Both the position numbers and the translations under genes were made by a program. A DNA stretch of 64,000 bases from Neoconidiobolus thromboides FSU 785 (Eukaryota > Fungi > Entomophthoromycota): contig MU626313.1 in the NCBI GenBank assembly GCA_025603075.1, positions 1 through 64,000 on the forward strand, read 5' to 3'. The notes under the pieces were generated by a model that searched no databases, had not been told where the DNA came from, and was given only the letters and a program-made list of their open reading frames with translations. Positions 51,687 through 62,831 of this stretch are shown piece after piece; position 1 is the first letter of the stretch; each line of letters opens with the position of its first letter.

Positions 51687-51962
51687 AAAATGATATTACT
51701 TTAATAAAATTGAAAGTTGAATTTTAATTATCACTTTTTAAACATGTTTATTTTTGTTTTGTGTTAATATGTTTTTATAATTGTCGGATTATGCTTGGTA
51801 AGTTATTATTAAATATATTTTATTTCAGTATCTTAAAATTGTATAACAACACTATAATTTATGTTATTTATATTCAAATTAGATGAAAATAATGGAACCA
51901 AAATGATACATTTATCTTATTTACTTATATGTGACTATAAATTAGATAAAAATTCAATATAT

Positions 51963-52059
51963 GGGGATGTATTTTTTTGTTTAAGAATTTTGCTAACAAT
52001 CTTTGTACTCAAATAGTACTTAAAAAATGGAAAAGTAATGAAACCAAAAAAACATACTC
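51963..52059 (+). mobile_element. ~98-bp MITE between the convergent ETFB and RAD9 genes
   Basis: TSD ATAT/ATAT. Confidence 0.9.
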
Positions 52060-52222
52060 ATATTTTAGTTAAATTAATAAAAACAAACAATACATTCATG
52101 TATGCCTGTATTTCTATGAAATAAATAATAATAAATAGAATAAATTGGACCTTAAAAAAAATCAATAAATATAGAAGTATAGACTTACTGTTAAATTTTA
52201 ATAGACAATAGATTAAAAAAAA

Positions 52223-54235
52223 TTAAATCACATCCGAAGATGAGGATGCTTGAGGTGGTGTACCTGGTATAAAACTTGGATCATTTTCATCATCCCCAAT
52301 TAATTGTCCTTTAAAAGTATCAATTTGATCGGGTACCCAATTCGAAGTTAATCTTTCCAGATTACTTCCAGCTCCTTGTGGGCATTCCAGAACACCTTGA
52401 GTATAATTTTCTTTTTCCTCACGAGGCGGAGTGTCAAAAGTACTTGAGTTATCTTCACTTGAATTGACACTATAATTTTGCTTTCGCTCAGCTGGATAGC
52501 TATTTGCTGATAATGTAGTGGCTGTTATAACACTATTCGCTAACACCGTAGCTACTGTTCTATTGCTATTTGCTTGTAGCGTAGTGGCTGTTCTGTAACT
52601 ATTTGTCTGTATAGTACTGGCTATCCTATCACTATTTGCTGGGACTGTAGTGGCTGTTCTTTGAGTACCTACTGATATTGTGGTATTTGTTCTATGACTA
52701 TTTCTTTCTGTTGTAGCAATTGTTTTTCTTTTTTTCAAGCTTAACTTTTCACCCGTCCCTCGAGTTAAATTCTATAATATTAAAGTGAAAAATAAAAGTA
52801 TTAAAATTATTTACTGTTTCATGGTTATGCTCTTGTTCAATGGGATTTGGGAGATCTAAAGCTGAATCCAAACTAGAAGTTAGTTCATTTATAGGAGCCA
52901 TACCACTACTTCTATTGTAAGCGTCTAATAAAATTAAGTTAATGATGCTTTTAAGGCAATAAAACTTACGAATTTCTAAATCACTTAAGCTTGTTGAAAG
53001 AACATTTACATTCGAATTCTGAGTTACATTCTCAGCTAGATCTCTTTTCCCAGATGCCTCTTGAGTTGCTGGTGTTGCAATAAAAGAGCTATTCAAATTG
53101 CTATTATTCTGTGTATGGAATAACTTAATGTTTTGCTCGCCACTTGTACAAATCACAAAACGTGCTTGAACCGTTCCTCTTAATTCTAAATCAAAAAATA
53201 TTGGTCTAATAATATGATTAGATATTCTTCAATTATTATTATTATTTAGTTTACTCTCCGCCACATGTAAAATAGGCATTGATATCACATTCCATTTCTT
53301 TAGCTAAAACTAAAACTGCCTATGAAATTAAATAAATGTTTCAAATATTTGTGGTATTCTTACTTTAAACTCCTTAACATTCAAAGTCAAATATACATCC
53401 TTATCAACATTAAATCTATCTAAATCAGAGGGATGGATCGTTAAGATGGTATGTGGATGTTTTTTGATTTTTTCTATAAATATTAAAAATTCTTCAAAAT
53501 TAGCAAATCTCTTACTCAAATCGGTGATACTTCCCAATGCTTCATTGTGAAACGATTTGATCGAAAATGAGTCACTTGTACAAATAAGTGTAAATTCTTC
53601 TAACCGAATATCAAATTGAGCTAATAACGTTAATAAAAACTTTGAATTCATTCTCCAGTTGTAACAGTTATTGGAACGTACAATATGTAATGTTTCTACA
53701 GCTGAGTCCTGATAGGGTACCTTTATCTGTTGATAGACTAAGTTTGGATAAATAAACCTGATTTTCAATCTCAGACCTTCGGATTCTTCCTTATTTTCAA
53801 AGTCATTGATACTGAATTCACATCTCTCTGCTTTATCAGTACTTGACATGCTTAGTTTTACTACGTCTAATAAAGTCTGATTTTTAATTAATTATATACA
53901 TCTTAAATCTAATTACCTTTAAATCCACTTTGCAATTTACTTCTGAGTTCGTTCCCATTTTGATCTCATCAAAAAATCCACTTTTGAATAATATTTTACC
54001 ATAAGATGAGCGACTACTATCCATCAATGAGAATAAAATCTACTCTTTATTAGCTTTGGATATCAAAATTAGTGCATCTTTACCTCATCTTTATTCCCGG
54101 TGATAGATAGCGAGTCACCAAACTTCAAAAGACAGGATAGTATTTTATAAAATTCTAAAAGGTGTTTAGTTCATATAATAACTTTATTAGCCTTATTATA
54201 CCCTTTAATGAAAACCCTGGGACAATAAAATCCAT
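52223..54235 (-). CDS. RAD9: 9-1-1 checkpoint clamp subunit Rad9 (about 7 exons)
   Basis: Spliced product MDFIVPGFSLKEFYKILSCLLKFGDSL...DSSRSSYGKILFKSGFF...CKVDLKTLLDVV...LTLNVKEFK|AVLVLA...AYFTCGG|EPIFF...ARFVICT follows RAD9A/S. pombe Rad9, with a long S/T-rich tail. Confidence 0.88.
52496..52726 (-). repeat. 33-nt / 11-aa coding tandem repeat in the Rad9 tail
   Basis: About 7 units such as RTATTVPANSD, RIASTIQTNSY, RTATTLQANSN. Confidence 0.8.
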
Positions 54236-54334
54236 AATGATAAGTAATGACGATAAAAACTTTAAAAGGCAAATTAGAACATTTTCATTTTATGCAAAAA
54301 AGAAACCTAAATTTCAATTCAGCTTTTGATTCAA
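54236..54334. promoter_or_regulatory. Putative bidirectional promoter between RAD9 (-) and PIG-Y (+)
   Basis: Only 99 bp separate the two divergent start codons. Confidence 0.55.
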
Positions 54335-54634
54335 ATGCTTGAACTAAACAGCCCATTTAATCGACGCGTTTATGGCTATTTAATTTTAATAGTCACTTAC
54401 ATCATTTTCTTGGTCTATTCTTACGCTTTATTTTTTTCAAAGTATATTACCTTAGAACCAGAGTATGAGGCAAGTTAATTTGTTTACTTTGACTACACTA
54501 GATTAATTGTTTAGATTTTAACTTGGATACGGGAGAATGAGTACTATTTTTTAGCTTCGATACTGTTTCTACCAATGGGGCTATGGATTATCTTCTGGAA
54601 TTGGGCTGGTATGAAGTATTTTAGGCATAATTGA
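54335..54634 (+). CDS. PIGY: GPI-GlcNAc transferase subunit PIG-Y/Eri1 (84 aa; GC-AG intron 54470-54514)
   Basis: Two TM segments, internal ENEYYFL, C-terminal WNWAGMKYFRHN*. Not in the ORF track. Confidence 0.85.
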
Positions 54635-54887
54635 TGGACGAATAGACATCAAAATGATTTGTCAATAATCACTATAACTGCGACCCTAATTTATGTGAGT
54701 TTAGCCACTTAAGTTGAATCTGATGAGCTAATAATCTTTATTTAAAAACATTTCTATTAAGGAATTCTCATTATGGTACTTAATTATTAAATAGGCGATG
54801 TTTTTATTTGTAACTACACTCGTTTACAAATTTCAATAATAATTTAAATATCTATTTTAGATTTAAACAAACTCAGATTCATCATAT

Positions 54888-54985
54888 GAAGATGTTTTTT
54901 TGGCTTCATCACTTTTTCTATCTTTTAAGCAGTATTCAAGTGGAAAAATTGTTAGTAAAATTCTTAAATACAAAAATACATCTCC
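54888..54985 (-). mobile_element. ~98-bp MITE between the convergent PIG-Y and RING genes
   Basis: TSD ATAT/ATAT. Confidence 0.88.
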
Positions 54986-55221
54986 ATATTAATATCTGTC
55001 CGACCAATATGTTAATAATGAACTCTATATTAATATCTTTATAGATTATCCTTATAGTTCTTATTGAAAAAGAAAAATCTAAATTCAAATCAAACACAGC
55101 TTCTTTAAATACCTTATTTTAAAATGCCATGGCTATCTATTTCTTCTGTAAACCAATCATTTGTATATAAGACAATTCAAATATAGACTTTTAGAAAGCT
55201 AAATCAGCGAGTTTCAATACT

Positions 55222-57059
55222 TTATTGTTTCAGATGAAAAGTTAAAAGTAAATCTGGTAAACGATATCTATCCAAAATCAATAAGTCCATTAACAATGGC
55301 AATGAATCTTTGTGAACAGTTGGCCTTGATTCTAAAAATGCATTATGATTTTTCATCTCTTCAATTTTATTACTGCATCGTTTTAATACAGAATAAAAGT
55401 CGCCCTGTAACAAAGTTGTTATATGAATCAAATAAAATTGTCATAAGCCTTACCTTTTCAATATGCAACAACCCTTTTAGCTCCTTGGATAAAATATATT
55501 CTGTCAATGGTAATTTTATCTTTTCTTTTGCTTTAGGCTCGACAATATTGACGACTCTCTTCGAACGATCCTCTGGGATAGAATGTGAACGTTTTAATAA
55601 ATTTTTGCACCCTTCACCTTGATCAGTGCTCCAGTTTGTTTTGTTTGTTTTGAATGATTTTATTACCTTATAATAATTATGTTTAATGTACCTATTAGCT
55701 TTTTTAAATGCTAAAAAAGTAAATCACTCTTTCAAAATATTGTGATATTATAATACCTCTATTATTGAATTTGGCCCTTAATTTCCTATCATTCTTTTTA
55801 TTTGATTTTGCGATCACTTTTTCAGCTGCAGCGTTTGCTTCTTTATTTTTAATTTTAAGTGTAATTTCATTTACGTATCTCGTTACCACCTTACTACTTA
55901 CACAATTTGTTTCATTTATTTCGTTCGAATTCACCTTTTTAGATTGACTATTCTTTAAATTTTTATTATTAATTACATAGTTCTTATTTGTAGCTTTCTT
56001 ATCAGCATTTCTTTTGTTTGAAGTTAATATTATATCATTATGTTTTTTCTGTTGTGATTCTAGTTCATGAATCTTTTGCTTTTGTCTACTCAATCCTGGT
56101 TCATGAGCCTCTTCTTGCTGCAACTCTAATTTCCAAATATTTTGTTTTTGTAACTCTAATTCCTGAATCTTTTTATTTAATAACTGGATTTCCAATACCT
56201 GATCATAATTAATAGTCCTTAGCAAGTCCCTGCTTAACTTCTCTGATACTAATTCCCTTTCTAAACTTTTAAATTGCAATTCTTTATCCATTATTAAATT
56301 TAGCTCCTCATTTAGCAATAGACCATCACTTTGTAGCTCATTGATATAACTCCTTTTTTCCTCAAGTTCTTTTTCTAATTGGATAACTAATAATACTAGT
56401 TGATCTATTCTTTTTTCTTTTGAATGTAAACCCATTCTGAAATCCTCTCTTTCTTTTTTCAACTGAACTTTTAAGTCATAAATCTGCTCATATAATTCCT
56501 TCCGAGAGTCTTTCTCGACTCTTTCATTAGCTAGTTGTATTGGATTAAGTTTTTTATCCCTATTATTTTGTTTATTTATCAATACAAAATTTATATACCC
56601 GGTACTACCATCATTTAACAAAATAGGAGCTTGGCCTATTGAAGTATCTGAGCTTTTATTAGTACTGTTTGTACTATTTCTAGGCTCGTGATTGTCATTT
56701 GGATTAATAAAGTTATTTAATATAACCGTTTTGAAATGTATTTGCTCACTACATAATGGGCATATACTTTGCTTCTTAACAGTTTTAGTATACCTTTCAA
56801 TGCTAAAAAACCAGTTAGTTAAAGTGTTGAAATCTACTCTAATTTACTTAAAATTTACCACTGATTATGGAACATATGACCGCCTTTAAGAAATTAATTG
56901 ATTATAGTATTATTTAATAAATTACTTACAATTAGTAACTACAACCTCTTTGCTTTTTATTATATTCTGCCAGTGATCAGACTCTTCATATCGCTTCAAT
57001 ATATCCTCCTTTTTATACGTATATCTTTGGAAGTTATGTTGACAAAGGGTACAGCTCAT
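55222..57059 (-). CDS. RING-H2 plus long coiled-coil protein (TRAIP-like architecture; about 5 exons)
   Basis: Introns 56884-56929 and 56803-56858 assemble MSCTLC...VVVTNCGHMFHNQCIERY...CPLC, in frame with coiled-coil ORF 55704-56621. Two further introns extend the frame to the stop at 55222. Confidence 0.72.
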
Positions 57060-57422
57060 TTATATTTAAAGACAAAACAAAGAAAGAATAAATTTAAATT
57101 TTATGTCTTATTGGTACAAGACAATCACGAAAATGCCTTTAGCTTTATTACTTCTGCTTATTATTTGCCTTATTTGGATAAAACTCTTATCGTGTTTATT
57201 TGGCTCATGAAATTTTGCAGTAGACCGCTGTCTTTAGCTGTTTAATTATAACTTACATGCTAATATAATAAATGCTTACATCTTATAGTATAAAGTGTTA
57301 GAAAGCTTCAAATACATTGTTAAAAAGAGATATTGCTATAGCAATAAAGATCAGAGAAAATATTATTTTTAAAGTGTTCAAAATACCTTTTAAATTAACT
57401 CAATTATAATTTATAATTTTAT

Positions 57423-58709
57423 TCAAAATAAATAAAAATTAGAAAAAGGAAGAATCTTTGAGAGTATATCAATATCAGACTTATTCACAGCTAAGTAATC
57501 AATTAGAAAAAACGTAGAATAAGCCATAGTATTTAAACAAGTTTCATTAGTTATAGTTAATTGTCCATGTTTAAACTTCACTTGAGTAACATTAGGGAAT
57601 AGCCTTAATACATTAAAGAGTACTTCAATACTTAAATAACACTCTTTAAACACTAATTTAGTGGTAGAGGGGTTTATTGTATTACTTGTCTCATTTCTAC
57701 TACAAAAATAAGGCGCCGTTATGGACTCATTTTCATCACTTTCATTACTATAGAAGACGACTGTTGAAACTGTTTTAAACTTCGATAGTCTTAATATCAC
57801 ATCTTCTAGTTCATTGTTAAGCCTGATATACACTTTATTCAAGTGAGACATTGAGTTAACAGTTATACCATCAATTAACTTTAAATCAATCAACCCTAAA
57901 TTCTGGAACTCAAAATGATTTTTATTGCTAATGCAATCTAACGTAGCTAGCTTTTTAAACGGAACTTTTAATGTAGTCAAATTAGTTAAATCACCAAAAT
58001 ATTCTAACCTAAATATTCTACTAAACTTTCCATTAAGTACAAGCTTTTTTAAATTAGTGAATGACTTGGTTTTATTAAAATTGTATGGAACCACAAATCT
58101 AGTACATATTAAATATAAGGTGCCTAAATTCTGGAAGCTTTTTTGTAGTATTTCTAAACCAAACAAATTGATGGCAAAACCTTGAATCTTTAATTTCTTT
58201 AATCTATTAGGGTTGAGATATTCAGCTACGAGAGAAATGGCTATCAATCCGGTTACTTTTAAATCAAACTCCTCCACCTGGAATAAGATGCTGGCAAAAT
58301 TCAACATAGTAGCTTTATATTTTTCATCGATTACAAAGGTTATTTTTTTTAAAAATTTAAAAGTAAAATCAAATATTGTTCTTGAAAATGGATCATTTGA
58401 ATTGAAATGAATAGTGAAATTAGATATATTAGTATATAAGTTCAAATCAAGCTCATGATTGCTCTTTATCATCAACCTCTTTACTTTATTTGGATACTTT
58501 TTTATTATCCTATCATGATCTTCCATTCGCTTTTTACTTGGTATATAGCTATAATATAATGAGTTTCTAAATAGAACACCATTTATTATTTTATAGATTG
58601 TTTTGTTAAGAGCCATAAGGTTGGACAATCCATTTAGATCTATATACAAGAATATTTCTTCTATTAAAACATCTGGTAAGTCATCTAGCTTTAGCTTGCT
58701 TTGGTTCAT
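57423..58709 (-). CDS. F-box protein with LRR/RNI-like repeats
   Basis: N-terminal LDDLPDVLIEEIFLYIDLNGLSNLMALNKTIY F-box; L-x-x-L-x-L repeats downstream (NLKKLVL, NLTTLKV). Confidence 0.8.
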   Translation of the reverse strand: MNQSKLKLDDLPDVLIEEIFLYIDLNGLSNLMALNKTIYKIINGVLFRNSLYYSYIPSKKRMEDHDRIIKKYPNKVKRLMIKSNHELDLNLYTNISNFTIHFNSNDPFSRTIFDFTFKFLKKITFVIDEKYKATMLNFASILFQVEEFDLKVTGLIAISLVAEYLNPNRLKKLKIQGFAINLFGLEILQKSFQNLGTLYLICTRFVVPYNFNKTKSFTNLKKLVLNGKFSRIFRLEYFGDLTNLTTLKVPFKKLATLDCISNKNHFEFQNLGLIDLKLIDGITVNSMSHLNKVYIRLNNELEDVILRLSKFKTVSTVVFYSNESDENESITAPYFCSRNETSNTINPSTTKLVFKECYLSIEVLFNVLRLFPNVTQVKFKHGQLTITNETCLNTMAYSTFFLIDYLAVNKSDIDILSKILPFSNFYLF

Positions 58710-59329
58710 AATAAAAAATGGTTAGAAAAGTGAAAATATTCTTGAGCTTTACGGTTGTTTTTCTAGAATTTGTATTACTGACTTTATTGCTCAAATCCTC
58801 ATTTACATTAAAAAACTCAAATTGACAAAATGAATTTAAAAAATAGTATTGAGTAAATCGTCATCTTTTTAAGTTTTGATTAGGAATGGTATATTTATTA
58901 AGTATAATAAATCAAGAAGGGATTGAAAGATATAACAAATTATTTCAGCCAGTAATTTTCAAAAAGGCCGAGGAGTATAATCAATTTAAAGATACTTTGT
59001 TTGATATACTATCTAATAGAGAAGAATATGAAGTAAATCTAATGTGAAATTTAGTTTATTTTTATAAATATAAATAGGGTCCTATATTTGAATTTCATAA
59101 TACTGAGAATATGATTGGTATATATATATATATTAAAGGTGATATTTATCGTTTGTAGTCTATAAGAAGTTTGCTTCGTTATATTTCATGGCATATATTA
59201 ATCCTAAAGAAGTAAGAGCTTTTATTTACTTTATTCAATTATTTACTTTCATAGAACGAATTCGAAGTATTGGACATTTTAAACCATATAATGGGTATAT
59301 TATTATCATTTTTTTAAACTTGATTTTAA

Positions 59330-60480
59330 TGATAAATAGAGACCTTAAGCATTTCGTTTGAAAGCTTTGTAAGAAAATTTTATTGTTAGCCATTTTTCAA
59401 GCTAATTTGTGTTTTTAGTGCGAATTAGATATATCCTTTTTTGAAAAATAATCTATTACATAATCATAGTAAAAAGACTATTTCCTTAACCACTATATAC
59501 ATTATATATCACTTAGATAAGGTAAACTTAATTATTAGTGAGTTTTTCAATATCAATGGGGAAATTCAAGCAACGGATCCTATTCAAATACTAACTTCAA
59601 TTGAACAATTTGAGGAGTAACACAAACCCGATTAATATTTTGTAAGGTAAGGTTTTTTATAGTTTAAAGGCCGATATTCCAAATATTGTATATTCGCTTA
59701 TAATTGTTAGTATATAGTGGGTTTGAAATTGTTTCTTACAAGACATTAAACATTATATTTATAGATTTGATTAGAAAAGGGGTTTTTTTTTATGTGCCTT
59801 TTTTATCTGGTCATACATTCAATTATATGTATTTATAAAACTTGTAGTTATTTTACCCTTATGAGTCAAGGAATTAAAGGTGGGGTTTAATAATTTGTTA
59901 GATATTACTATTTCATTTTATATTAGCAAATTTTAAGCGTTCTACCTTATTAAAAGATAATTATTATACTTTAGTGTTTTTTCATATTATTGGTATTTGT
60001 TTTTTAATCATTTGTTATAGTTTTGTTTATTTAGTTATATTTGTTATTTTCAACTTTAATACAGCTCATTAATTAACTTTCAATTCGATTTATAGTAATC
60101 ATGAAGTTTTTAAATATGCTACCATTCATTTTATTTCTAGAGTACAGTTATTTATACTAACATTTAAAAAATAAACATAAAAAGATATTTTATATTCTAA
60201 TAATTTTTATCATATATTTAAAGGATAAGAAAGGAAAGGAAGATGTAGATCGGTATTTCAATTTTTTTAGCCCTCTTGGTACTCTTCCTGCTTTTTATGC
60301 TCTTGATAGCCATACACTTTTGTCCAGTTTATTGGAAATCTCTGAAAGTATTCTCAGATCACTAAAAGACTCCTAGTTTAAGTATTTATTAAATATTTTA
60401 AGCAACAAAGAAGCAGTAGATTTATAGTCAAAGTCTGCACCTGTGCTTATTAAGCCAAAACCTCGAAGTTTAATTACTTT
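59330..60480 (-). mobile_element. Possible heavily decayed non-LTR (L1-like) retrotransposon 3' remnant
   Basis: Broken translations LRGFGL...ASLLLKIFNKYL and KLA*KMANNKIF loosely recall the GGLGL...ALLLK and W..RN..IF motifs downstream of L1-type RT. Confidence 0.2.
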
Positions 60481-60572
60481 AAGGTTTGAGAATAAAAATA
60501 TAAAAGAAGAAAGTATTTAATTAGCGTATGAATTTCACGAATTTCATATTGTTACTTCCATTAACAATATAT

Positions 60573-60774
60573 GGGGATGTATTTTTGTGTTTAAGAATTT
60601 TGTTAGCAAATTTTCCGCTTAGATAGCGCTTAAAAAATGGAAGAAATAGTGAAGTTAAAAAAGACACTCCCATATGGTGATGTTTTTTTTGGCCTCATTG
60701 CTTTTTCTATCTTTTAAGCGCTATTTAAGTGGAAAAATCGTCAGCAAAGTCCTTAAATCCTTAAATACATCCCC
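60573..60774. mobile_element. Inverted pair of MITEs (60573-60671 +, 60676-60774 -)
   Basis: Arrangement ATAT-MITE-ATAT-MITE(inverted)-ATAT. Confidence 0.9.
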
Positions 60775-61278
60775 ATATATATCCTTAAGTTATATTTATA
60801 CACAAGATTTCCTCTAATTAAAAATGCATTTTATAAAGAATGCTGCTATAACTACTTTGAGTAATATTTAAATATCAAATTAAAAAGACTGTCACAGCTA
60901 TTTTACTTTTATATACTTAAATACAGCCTACCATTACTTAGATATTTAATTTCGTTATATAAAAACTTCGATTTTATTATAACCTTAAGTACCAGTTCAA
61001 TACATTTTACCTGTCCTGAAGTATGTAAAAATATCACGTTTAAAGAAGTTAACAAGTATTAATTTAATATAAAAACTCCACTAATATAAATTATATGGTT
61101 CTATCAATATATAGTGTAACTAAAAACAGTGTAAGTACATCCCTTTGCTTATAGTAATTCAAATGTTTAAAAACTATTCAAAGTATGGCTGGCTTCTTTT
61201 AAAGTAAATTATAACTATATACGACTAATTATGTGATAACTAGATAATTGCTTAAATTCATAGTGATTTTTATGATAT

Positions 61279-61373
61279 GAGAGTGTTTTTTTGACTTCAT
61301 TATTTTTTCCATGTTTGAGCGCTATTTAAGCAGAGAAATTGTTGGTAAAATTCTTACACAAAAATACATCCCC
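61279..61373 (-). mobile_element. ~98-bp MITE
   Basis: TSD ATAT/ATAT. Confidence 0.9.
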
Positions 61374-61906
61374 ATATGTATACTAATTGTAAATATTCAT
61401 TTATAACTGTTCTTTAATAAATTAGAATCCTTCACTTAATGATAAGTTGGAATTTACTTTGACATATAAATAGACTTCGATGCTCAATCAAATACCTTAA
61501 ATGAGATTCAATAATAGAGGAAACTAAATAAGTTGTTAGCCTTTTAATTCATTAAAATGCCTATTTTAACTAGATAGAGTATACATTTATACTGTGTTTC
61601 TACATTTCAAAATATTCTATATAAACTGAAAGCTGACATTTCAAACATCTATTTATTATGTCTTTATAAGGAACTTTTGAACTTAATCAAAACACCAAAT
61701 GTTTTAAAATAAGCTGTTAACGTCCAAGTTTAAGTAATCTGACTTTAAAAATACCAGCCTAATATATTGTATTATTTCAACATTGTACATCTTTAATTAA
61801 GCTTTTAAGTAATATAAAATGAAGCTCAATTATAAAAACATTTATTTTTTAAAATAATCTTATTATATGTAGCATATTTTCTAATATTAAATGCCCTTTG
61901 TAAAAA

Positions 61907-62003
61907 TACGATGTTTTTTGTGATTTCATTACTTTTCCATTTTTAAGCGCTATTTGAGTGGAAAGATTGGTAGCAAAATTCTTAAACAAAACAATGCATC
62001 TCC
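61907..62003 (-). mobile_element. ~98-bp MITE (one end eroded)
   Basis: Consensus body; ends CTCC-ATAT. Confidence 0.78.
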
Positions 62004-62831
62004 ATATAATGATTTTTGCATTTTCATTAAAGTTTGAAAGTGTTTTGATTTCAATAGTTTTACTAGAGATATATAAAAATACTGAAAGTAAATACTGAGT
62101 TTATAAACATCAGCTTAACTTTGCTACTTTACAACTATTTTTTCCCATTAAAAAAACTAGATTTTATCAATAATGGTAATAAATGGCATGATTTTGGGTG
62201 TGTAAAAGTTGTAGTTGATTAAAAAAATTAAAACAGATTAAAAACACTTTTTAATTCCTTGAATTGGTATTAAATAATGTGGCTGTTTAATCTTTAAAAA
62301 ATTAACACAAATCTTTCATTTAATAATGAATCTTTGTTTTAGTGGACTTTTAAAATTAATATTTACTTCGCCATACCTTCTTTTAGCTATATTTAATTAT
62401 AAGGTTTACGTTGAAACAAGGCTTTATCATTAATTTTGAAATATAGAATAAATAAATAAATTCATCATTAATTTTCAATTATAATTAAAGTTAATCTAAA
62501 ATAGTATACTCCTTAAATATATTAGACACTCCTAATTACAACTTATTGTGTATAAACAAGTTAAATATTGCTCACAACTAAATAATATAAAAAGTCAAAC
62601 TTTACTTCAATTCTTTATAAATCTAATTTACCACATCTAAATCTTTTTCATCTGACTTTATGATTTTCAAACTTTGGGTGTTTATTTTTCAACTACTTTA
62701 TATTTTGTTCAATCAATCTTTAAACATCAAATTGATCGTGCCTCCTATATTCATTTACAAATTAGATAATACATATATAAATACCCAAAATACTCGATAC
62801 TCTCAATTAGATAGTTCTTTTTTACTTTAAA

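Noticed and set aside
11837-58410. Many antisense or overlapping ORFs in the track (e.g. 11837, 11961, 15345, 15449, 15672, 16177, 20912, 32448, 40596, 41678, 42295, 44735, 47660, 55296, 55765, 56018, 57925, 58213)
   Set aside because: They lie opposite better-supported genes and have F/L/S/I-rich shadow composition with no motifs.
1313-62003. The ~98-bp repeat considered as CRISPR repeats or a SINE
   Set aside because: Copies are dispersed in both orientations, with TIRs and 4-bp TSDs. There are no regular spacers, cas genes, Pol III A/B boxes or poly-A tails.
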